Source: an uncultured Thermoplasmata archaeon (GTDB taxonomy: Archaea > Thermoplasmatota > Thermoplasmata > Lutacidiplasmatales > UBA184). From it: DNA of 64,000 nt. Location of the stretch: the NCBI GenBank assembly GCA_963696985.1, contig CAVOMG010000003.1:257747-321746 (forward strand), given 5' to 3'. This document shows positions 55,680-64,000 of this stretch, piece after piece. Within the stretch, counting starts at the first letter, position 1. Every line of letters starts with the position of its first letter. The position numbers were made by a program, and so were the translations under genes. The notes beneath the pieces were generated by a model. It worked only from the letters and a program-made list of their open reading frames with translations. It had not been told where the DNA came from and did not search any database.

Positions 55680-58600
55680 TCAGCGCACCCATCGCCGGGT
55701 CGAGTACCATCGGTAGACCACGAGAGCGACCACGAAGGCGATCGCGGGGACGAAGGCGAGCAGGGGGATGAGCCAGTCGGGCGTCGAGGGCGGCGTGCCG
55801 ACGTTCGGGCCGATGACGGTGATCGCGGAGCCGTTCACGGAGATCGGCACCACCGGGATCGACACGGTCACCTCGGAGGTGGCGACCCCGCCCGTGGTGT
55901 TGAGCACTTCCGCGCTCACCGTGAGCGAGCCCGGCGGCGGAGCGGCCCCGAGGGTCGCGTTGAGGACGACCGTCACGGAGGTGTTCCCGGCGGGCGCGAT
56001 CGTGAGGGGGCCGTAGACCGTCGAGCCGGAGGACTCGATCTGGTTGGTCCAGCCGAGCTGGGCGAGGGTCGCGCCGTTCGAGACCGAGATCGCGACGGCC
56101 TCCGGGAAATTCCCGGTGTTCGTCGCGTAGAGGGGGACCGTGACCCGGCTCGGCGTCACGGAGAGGTCGACGCTCGCCGAGCGCCCTACGATGACGCCCC
56201 CCTTCGGGTGGATCGACACGGGCGCGGGGAGCGCCGACTGTCCGACCTGTTGGGTCGTTCCGGCGAGATCCGCGACGAGGAGGATCGGCGGGTGGTTGAC
56301 CGGCGTGCCGGCCGGGACCTTGACCGTGAACGATCCGCTCGAGCTCAGGTTGTTCGACCCGGTCCCGAGGGTGAAGTTCGAGGGCGATATCGTGAAGTTC
56401 CAGGTCGAGGGGTTGCCGAGGACCGTCACGTTCACCGGGGCGTTCCCGGTGTTGCGGATCGTGAACCCGAGGGCGACCGTGCCGCCCGACGGCGGCAGGT
56501 TCACCGACTGGGTCAGGTTGGTGGGCGAGGAGACCGAGATCTGGACCGCCCGGATGTACCGCTCGGTCATCGGGAGCGTCAGCCCCACGTTGCCTGTCAA
56601 CAGGTTGAACGTGACGCTCGCCGAGGCGACCGTCGGGACCCCGAAGGGGCGGGAGGGGGCCGTCGCGCTCGCGAGGTACGTGCCTGCCGGTAGGGGGATC
56701 GACAGCGCCGCGCTCGGGACGACGTCGGTGAGCGAGAAGGAGAGCCCGAGCGGGGAGCTGAGCGTGAGGTTGATCGCGCCGATCGCCTCCCCGGGGGGCG
56801 GCAGCGCCGTGAGGGCGACGCTCCACGCGGGAAGGAGCGTGAGCGTGACCGGGCCCGTGCTCCCGAGGAGGACGGCGACCGTCGTCAGGAGGGCGTACGT
56901 GCCGCTCGAGGAGTTCGCATAGACGGTGTACGTCCCCGGCGAGAGCGCGACCGAGAACGTCCCGTCGGAGGCGGTCTGGACCCGGGTCGAGGCGACCGAG
57001 GGCGACGGGCCCTCGAAGAGGAGGGCGCCCGGGACTAGCGCCGGCGAGTTCCCGACGGCGAGCCGTCCGGTGAGCGTCAGGTCGATCTCCCTCCCGACGA
57101 GGTTCACGTTGCAGATCGTCCCGACCGGGCGGACCTGGCAGCTCTCGCCGATCGGCACGCTGAGCGCCTCCACGACAGTGACGTTGTCCTGGGGGAAGGC
57201 CGCCGTGACGTTGAGGAACGGCGTGTAGGTCACGTTCACCGGCAGCGTCACGTTGTAGGTTCCGCTGACGACCGGAGCCGGGAAAGCGAACCCTCCGGGG
57301 TTCACGAAGCTCGCCACCGCGGGTACGGGGAGGGGGAGGAGGCTCGGAAGGTCGACGGAGCCTTCGAACGAGACCGAAGGTGTGGTGAGCGCGAAGGAGC
57401 GCGAGAAGGCGCCCGTGCTGCTGACCGATACGGAACCGAACGACATCCATCCCTGGCTCGTCTGGGGGCCCCCGACCGTCGCGATGTAGTCGTAGGACCC
57501 GGGGGCGAGGTAGAAGCCGTTCGTGAGCCCGCGGCCCGAGACCGTGGCATTCATCCGGTCGGAGAGGAACTCGATCTGCTCGGTCGAGGCCACGGCCTTC
57601 GCCGGGACGCTGATCGTTCCCCGCGCGACGATCTGATCGGCGAGGCGGACGGTGAGCTGGGGAGCCACGGCGCCCGGGGCGATCGTCCAGCTCGAAGAGT
57701 TCACCGGGTAATAGAAGCCGTTCGGCGAGCCGGGCGCCCAGGCGCTGATCGAGTAGGACCCCGGGGCGACCGAGACGGCGATGGGCGAGCTGCCGTTCGC
57801 CTGAATGCTACGCGCTCCCGCCGAGGTCGCCGTGAGGTTCACGTGCACCGACGTCCCGGTCGGAACGCCCGTGAGGACGATCGTTCCCGCGACCGGCGCT
57901 CCGACCAATCGGACCACGGTCCCGGCCGGCAGGGAAGCCCCCGAAACGTGGCACCGGTCGCTCGGCACGTACCCCGGGGCCGTCACGTTCACGCAGAACG
58001 TCGGGATGGCCCCCCCGAAGGATGCGGTCGGCGTGGTCGGCAGGATGGCGGACGCGTTGCCGTGGGCGTTCGATACGGCGGTCACGGTCGAGCCCTGGCT
58101 CGTGAGGGTGAAGTTCACCGTCGCGCCCTTCAACGGCTGGCCGGTGGCGTTGTTGAGCACGACCACCGTCGAGAGCGCGGTCGGTGAGGTGGCGAGGTCG
58201 ACCCGGGTCGGTCCGAAGACCGCGGCCTTCGCGAGGGCGGACTGGTCGGGGCTCGGGCTCGACGCGAGCACGGAGTACATCCCATCGGGAAGCCAGAGGG
58301 AGGTACTGGCGCGTGGAGTTCGAGAACGCCCAGACGACGTGTCCGGAAGCATCGTAGGCAGAGACCTCGATCGGGAGGCTGATCGACGCGTTGGCGGTCC
58401 CGTTCGCATAACCGTAGAGCCTCGAGGCGGACGATAGCGCGAGCGCGGGCACGGTGGTCGACCCGGGGCCGACGGGCCCCGACCAGAACCCCGCGCGGTA
58501 GGAGGAGCCATTGTAACCGAGCGCGTAGACGGAGTAGTTCCCCTCGGGCAGGACCAGGCTCGCGACCCCGTCGACGTTCGTCATGGCGACCGAGGTGTTC

Positions 58601-61600
58601 GCTTGCTGCTGGGTGAGATGGGCCGACGTGGTGTTGTTCGTCGGTCCGATCGAGATCACGGGGGGCAGGATCTGGGTGAACCGGACCGGGATCCCGGAGA
58701 CGGGGGTGCCGCCGGCGAGGACCTCGACCGAGACCGGGGCGACCGGGACGATGGTGAAATTGAGGGTGGTGTTGGCACCTGGGGTGGCGAGTCGAGCGGA
58801 TTGGGGGTTCGACGACTGCCTCGGCGAGGTCGTGGCCGCATGGACCGTGTAGTTGCCGGGCCCGAGGTCGTCGATATGGTAGCGGCCCGTCGCGTTCGTG
58901 GTGGCGGTCGCGGCGAGACCCGAGTTCCCCGCGACGGAGACCGTCACCCCCGGCGCCGCGGCGCCGTCGCCGAGCCTCACGGTCCCGAAGATCTCCCCGG
59001 AAGAGAGGCTCTCGGTCTCGTTGACGGTCTTCCCGGGAAGAGCCGAAGCGGTCGACTCGGTGTAGTTGGAACCTCGGTAGACGATCGAGACGTTGTAGAC
59101 GCCGGGCGGAACGTTCGAGATCCCGAAGGTGCCGCTCGCGTCGGTCGTCGCGGTGAGCTTCGAGAGGTTATGGCCCCAGAAGACGACCGTCGCTCCGACC
59201 ACCGGGTTCGTCGACCCCGAGTTGCCCGAGGTGCTCCAGGTCAGGAATCCCTGCACGGTCGCCGGCTTCACCACGAGGGGGAGGAGCATCGTCGGGCTGT
59301 TCAGGGAGAGTCCGTAGGCCGCGGGAACGGTCACGTTGAACGTGGTGAGGTGGGTCGCGCCGGCCTGGGTGAGGAGGTTGACCGAGCCCGTCGAGACGTT
59401 GACCGTATCCTCGCCGGGCGGAAGGATCAGGGAATAGGAGCCGTCCGAGCCGGTGAGGGTCGTCATGTGGGGGATCCCCCACGAATCGTAGACCGTCACC
59501 CGGGCGTCCGAGACCGGCCGGCCATTCGGCAGCTCGACGGTCCCGACCGCGGTGACCCCCGGATAGTATTGGAGGATCGCCTCGCCGCCCCCGAAGTAGG
59601 AGTTGAGGCTCAGGTCCGCCGTACCGTTGAGCTTCGACTGGACCTTCTCGGCCGTCGGGACGTTCGTGGCCATGAAGCACGGGGAGCCCGCGGTGGCGTT
59701 CGGGGTCGGGCAGGAGTACGCCGTCCGGTAGACGACCTGGAAGTGCTCGAGCATCCAACCCGGCTCGATCGGATCGCTCGCCCCCTGGCTGTTCGTCGAC
59801 GAGAGCCAGGGGATCCCGGCGACCTGGCCGACCTCTTGGCCGTCGTAGCCGAAGTAGGTATGGTAGATCATCGTGTTGTAGAACGCGTCGGTGTAGTTGA
59901 TGTTGTAGTTGACCGCGGTCACGCCGGCGGGGAGCTGGCCCGCCGCGTAGGTGTTCCCGTCGGAGCCGACGACGCTGACCGTGAAGTAGGACGTCGGTTC
60001 GCCACCCGCACCGATCACGCGGCCGGTGAGGTCCGCCGGGGCGTAGAAGATCCCGGTGTTCTGGCCCGAGAAGGGGATCAGGCGCGAGTCGACCATCGGG
60101 TAGCGGATCGACCAGCCCGTGTACGCCTGGATGTCATCGTAGACCCGGGCGACGCCGGAGAGCGGGAGGGTGGAGGCGAGGTAGTAGCTCACAGCGTCAT
60201 ACATCGCATTGTCCGCGGTGACCGTCGAGGGGTTGACCGCCACGTAGCGCTCGGGGTGGGCTTCGACGAGCGGCAGGTCCGCGGACGGGTGGGCGAGGAG
60301 GGCATCGAGTTGGCCCGTGTTGACACCGTCGTTGGCGAGGACCTGGTTGAGGCCCGCGGGCAGGCTGGGCTTGCCGGTCGCCTGGGCCTCGGCGCTGAGG
60401 AGGGTGGTGGACAGGACCCCGATGGCGAGCGATTCGTTCTGGGAGAGCAGGAAGTTCCCCGAGGGGTCGATGCCGTTCTGGAAGTTGTCGGCGACCGAGG
60501 GGTGGTCCCCTTCGGCGATGGTCTGGAACCCGTAATCCCACCAGCTCACGAGCGCCGGACGTTGGGGTTCGGGCAGGTTGGTGTCTTGGGTCGCTAACCA
60601 ATTGTACCCGGCCTCGTCGGTACTGGCTCGGAGTGTCGAGGTCGCTCCCGGCGGCCCCGAAGTAGTAGCTCGACGCGTTCGTGGGCGCGACCCGCAGGGG
60701 GGGCGGGAGGGCGTTGTAGACCTGGGTATCAAAACCGGATTTCGAGTTGTAGGGGATGCCGGCGTCGATCGCGTACCAGACGTTCGGGACGACGATGACG
60801 AGGACGAGCGCGAAGACGAGGATGTGGCGGGCCTTGAACGAGCGCCGGAACGCGGAGAGCTGGCTCCGCCGGTCCGAGAGGGAGACGACGTTCCGGCGGA
60901 GGGTCGGGTAGCCGCCGATGTCGAGGATGCGCGTGAACGCCTCCGCCGGGAGCAGGCAGAACGCCGCGGAGCCGATGTAGAAGAACTTCGCCGCCGAGAT
61001 CGGGAGGTAGATCGAGATCACCCCGAACATCAAGAAGAGCAGGTGGCGCCGCTCGAAGCGGCCCCGGACCATCTGGTAGACGACGAAACCGAGCCCGGCG
61101 AACGCGAGGAAGAACGTCACGACGCCGTAGCCGATCAGGAGCGAGTCGATCGAGGGCGCCTGCGCTTCGGCGACGGTCGAGTAGATCAGGGTCTTGACGA
61201 AGTACCCTTGCCCCGAGACGATGTCCGAAAACTGGGCGGGCGCGGAGATCGCGAGGGCGCCGACGGCGCCCGCCGCCGTCAGGACGAGGACGGGGAGGCT
61301 GATGACCCACGGCGAGTCCCGGAGGATGAGGAACGGGACCAAGACGAGCAAGGCCCCGAAGTAGATCAGGACCGGCTCGAGGAACCAGATGTGGTAGTCG
61401 CCCTGGACGAAGTAGTAGGGGAAGGCGAGGGGGAAGCCCACGACCCCGATGATGGCGGTGGTCAGGAACAGCCCGAACGAATCGATCCGCCGGATCCGCT
61501 CGACGATCATCTGGACGACGAGGAAGGCGATGACGAGCGCGACGAGGAACGTGTACCCCTGCCAGGTCAGGATGACGACCGCGAAGGAGACGCCGGTGAA

Positions 61601-62275
61601 GACGGCCCACTTCACCGCCGTGGGCTCGTAGTGGAAGTACTCCCGAACCCCGCGCACGATCTCTCTCGGCTTGCGGTAGCTGGTGACCCATCTTCGGGTC
61701 CCGGCGGCTCGGATCGTCCTCAGGTAGCCATAGACCATGACGAGAATGAAGAACGTGTAGAACGAGAGGTAGTTCGAGTAGCCGAACGTCGACGAGTCGA
61801 TGTTCGCCACGAGGAAGGGCCAGATCAGCGCCGCGACCAGGCCCATGCGGCGCGAGCTGACCTCCTTCCCGACGAAGTAGAGCGGGAAAACGCTGAAGGC
61901 CGCCCAGAGCGGGGCCGCGAGCTCGAGGGAGAACATCCCCGCCGACGCGGCGCTCCCGCCGAAGAGCGGCGCGAAGATGATCCCGAAGACCGCGTTCATC
62001 CAGTCGAACAGCGGTTCGCGGGGGTTGATCGCCCCGACCGGGTACCGGAGGAGCGAGTCGTTGATCAGGTTCCGGTGGTTCAGGATGATGTAGTCGCTGA
62101 CCCGCCAGTGGTAGAAGGAGTCCGAGCCGCCCGCGAAGAAGTAGGAGGTCCCGTACTGCTCGAAGAGCGGGAGGTTCCAGAGCGTCCGGATGAGGAACGT
62201 GATCGAGAAGGCGGCCAGCAGGACGAGGACCGTCCACCCGTGGCGGGCCCACCACCCCTCGCTTTTCGAATCCAT
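55680..62275 (-). CDS. aglB: archaeal oligosaccharyltransferase AglB (STT3) apparently fused to a long sequon-rich beta-sandwich repeat region with a C-terminal TM anchor; frame broken twice
   Basis: Multi-TM N-terminal region with 'GGSDSFYHWR' (ORF 60197..62275). 'WWDYGFQ' at 60523-60543 (the WWDYG core is 60529-60543) and the catalytic globular domain lie in ORF 57808..60732. Then repeats such as 'GTVELPNGRPVSDARVTVYDSWG...GSDGSYSLILPPGEDTVNV' (carboxypeptidase-regulatory-like). The sequence continues without a signal peptide or stop into ORF 55680..58511, which ends 'DWLIPLLAFVPAIAFVVALVVYRWYSTRRWVR*'. Junctions at about 60620-60650 and about 58295-58320. Confidence 0.75.
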
Positions 62276-62322
62276 CCCGGCTCGCGCCTCGGGTAGAGGC
62301 GGCGCGCGAGACCTGGACGGTG

Positions 62323-62330
62323 TATTTATT
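62323..62330 (-). promoter_or_regulatory. TATA box (AATAAATA on the minus strand) about 50 nt upstream of the aglB ATG 62275
   Basis: Plus-strand 'gtatttattc' is the only AT-rich stretch in the 200-nt spacer. Confidence 0.45.
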
Positions 62331-62477
62331 CTTTCGCGATGAGGCGAGCCCGCCCAACGGCGGGGCGCAGACGGTCGCAGAATCGTGCCCCCTCAACCGG
62401 CCCCGTCCGCGGCCGATCCCCTTTCCTCATCGTTCCCTTGCGGCCCTCAAGGGCCGTCGCCTCGGGCGTGACGCCGT

Positions 62478-63026
62478 TCAGGATTCGGAATCGCTCGCCG
62501 CCCGGAAACGGTAGAACACTCGCCCGTCCGGTAGATCGTACGGCTCCACCGAGACCGGTAGACCGATCCGGCACCGCTCCCACGTCGTGCCGGCGATCCG
62601 ACCGAACAGTCGCAGGGGCACCCCATCGAGGTCGACCAGGCCGACCACGAACGGGACCTCCGCCTCCATCCCGAGCGGCGCGCCGGCCAGCACCGCGCTG
62701 AAGGCGTAGATCCGGCCGGCCATCGGAAGATCGGCCCACTCGAGCTCGTTCGAGTGGCAGTGGGGGCAGACCACGCGGGGCGGCCAGAGCCATCGATCCT
62801 CCCGGGCACACCGGGTGGTCGAAAGCCGGCCCTCCCGAAGGCGGTCGAAGAACTTCGAGAGCCGGGTGTGCGCTTCGTCCTCGAGGGGGTAGAAGTCGAG
62901 GAGGAACGGGACGCCCGCAGCAATGGGGGCCGGGGTCGCCGGCGACCGAGCGGGGGCGACCGCCTCCGGCGCGGCCGATCCCGGGGACGCGCCCCGGACG
63001 GTCGGGTGAGGACGGGAGTCGCTCAT
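62478..63026 (-). CDS. DUF35-type OB-fold/zinc-ribbon protein (thiolase/HMG-CoA synthase scaffold)
   Basis: 'RLSTTRCAREDRWLWPPRVVCPHCHSNELEWADLPMAGRIYAFSAV...VPFVVGLVDLDGVPLRLFGRI'. ATG 63026 overlaps the thiolase stop (ATGA). Confidence 0.82.
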   Translation of the reverse strand: MSDSRPHPTVRGASPGSAAPEAVAPARSPATPAPIAAGVPFLLDFYPLEDEAHTRLSKFFDRLREGRLSTTRCAREDRWLWPPRVVCPHCHSNELEWADLPMAGRIYAFSAVLAGAPLGMEAEVPFVVGLVDLDGVPLRLFGRIAGTTWERCRIGLPVSVEPYDLPDGRVFYRFRAASDSES

Positions 63027-64000
63027 GACGCGCTCCGGCCGTAGATCATGACCGAATGCACGTTCGCGCTCCCGCTCAAGTTGTGGACGAGCGCCCACTC
63101 CGGATCCGCGACCCGTCGCTGGGGCGGACTTCGGCCGGAGAACTGCTCGTAGACCTCCACCGCCTGCCCGATCCCGGTCGCGCCCAGCGGGTGCCCGCAC
63201 CCGAGCAGTCCGCCGCGCGGGTTGACGACGACGTCGCCGTCGAGGCCCGAGCGGCGATCGAGCACGAACCGACCCCCTTGGCCGCGCGGGCAGAAACCGA
63301 GCGCTTCGTACTCGATGATCTCCGAGATCGTGAAGCAGTCGTGGACCTCGGCGAAGTCGATCTCTTTCGGGCCGATGCCGGCCATCGAGTACGCCTCCCG
63401 GGCGGCGGACGTGAGGCCGGCCCATTCGGAGAGGGAACCCGCGTTCGCGAGGTTGTGGAAGTCCGAGTACCTGGCCGCTCCCCCGGACCCAGACGGGGGT
63501 GTCGGTGTACTGGCGGGCCAGCGGCTCCGCCACCAACACGACCGCGGCGGCCCCGTCGGTCATGGAGGAACAATCGCCGAGCCGCAGCGGCGGCGCGACG
63601 ATCGGGAGTCGGCCGAGCTTCGCCCGGTCGAACGTTTTCGAATGGAACTGGGCGTTCGGGTTCGAGTTCGCGAACCGGTGGTTCTTCTCCGAAACCGCGG
63701 CGAGCGCCTCCTCCGAAGTACCGAACTCGAGCATGTGCCGCTGGGCGACCATGGCGAAGAACGGCGGGGCCGTCGCCCCGTGGGCGCCGTCCCAGGCCCG
63801 GTCCATGACGCAGGCCATCGCCGTGTTCGCCTCGGCCATCGACGGGAGGTTCATCTTCTCCACGCCGACCGCGACCGCCACGTCCGATAGGCCCGAGGCG
63901 ATCGCCGCGTAGGCGCTGCGGATCGCCGACTGGCCGGAGGCGCACGCGAGCTCGGTCCGCTGGAGGATGCGTCGCGGGGTGAGCCCCATCTGCTCCGCGC
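63023..64000 (-). CDS. archaeal-type acetyl-CoA acetyltransferase (thiolase), 5' end outside window; frame broken once
   Basis: 'ELACASGQSAIRSAYAAIASG..DVAVAVGVEKM' (active-site Cys). '...TPVWVRG' joins at the C5 run 63480-63484 to 'AARYSDFHNLANAGSLSEWAGLTSAAREAYSMAGIGPKEIDFAEVHDCFTISEIIEYEALGF...NPRGGLLGCGHPLGATG' (ORF 63023..63385). Confidence 0.88.

Noticed and set aside
55372-62396. Several 380-690-aa ORFs overlapping aglB (55372..57450 -, 55545..56693 +, 58603..60597 +, 60578..62296 +, 60729..62396 -)
   Set aside because: All are off-frame or antisense shadows of the aglB coding sequence, with Arg/Pro/Gly/Asp-rich low-complexity translations.
1-64000. Programmed ribosomal frameshifting or genuine pseudogenisation as the explanation for the frame breaks
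   Set aside because: There are too many breaks (about one per 3 kb). They hit essential single-copy genes, most sit in plain C/G homopolymers without slippery heptamers, and both flanks remain perfectly conserved. Technical indels are the simpler explanation.
1-64000. Search for mobile elements, CRISPR arrays, defence islands, prophage or integrase genes, and rRNA
   Set aside because: None were seen: no repeat-spacer periodicity, no transposase/integrase/Cas-like motifs, and no long direct or inverted repeats beyond those reported. The window looks like core chromosome.

Overview
Very GC-rich archaeal chromosomal segment, by eye well over 60% G+C (not computed). Archaeal markers are Top6A/B, PriS, FEN1, aEF-1beta, L41e, AglB, archaeal iPGM and geranylgeranyl reductase. 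About 60 tightly packed, mostly housekeeping genes. I found no transposase, integrase, CRISPR array or rRNA.

Main blocks:
- cysS, ahcY and gcvH.
- A fused 3-hydroxyacyl-CoA dehydrogenase/enoyl-CoA hydratase.
- ppsA-trm5-apgM.
- fen-ftcD-ribD-like.
- priS, KH protein and RIO kinase.
- NfeD...stomatin.
- An 11-gene nuoABCDHIJKLMN operon with no nuoEFG in it, translationally coupled to geranylgeranyl reductase and a polyprenyl synthase.
- top6BA, L41e, sucCD and coaBC.
- An intron-containing tRNA-His.
- aEF-1beta with its Zn-ribbon partner.
- A very large aglB.
- A thiolase/DUF35 pair.

Four points shape the reading:
1. About 20 genes, including essential ones, are broken by single frame shifts. 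Where I could localise the junction it usually sits at a C/G homopolymer run, so I read them as assembly indels, not pseudogenes. The ORF track is therefore misleading in many places: it shows chimeric, truncated or missing ORFs and long spurious antisense ORFs.
2. The best candidate for something undescribed is a cassette at 15.8-17.6 kb. It holds a tandem ribbon-helix-helix protein, a roughly 300-aa FtsZ/tubulin-like GTPase that lacks the T7 loop and C-terminal subdomain, and a 2-TM micro-protein. Repeated GTTCGACA/CGTCG elements flank it.
3. AglB appears fused to a roughly 1,300-aa sequon-rich beta-sandwich repeat stalk that ends in a TM anchor.
4. A tRNA-His carries a 32-nt intron in the T-loop.

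All functional calls come from motif recognition by eye; no database search was run.
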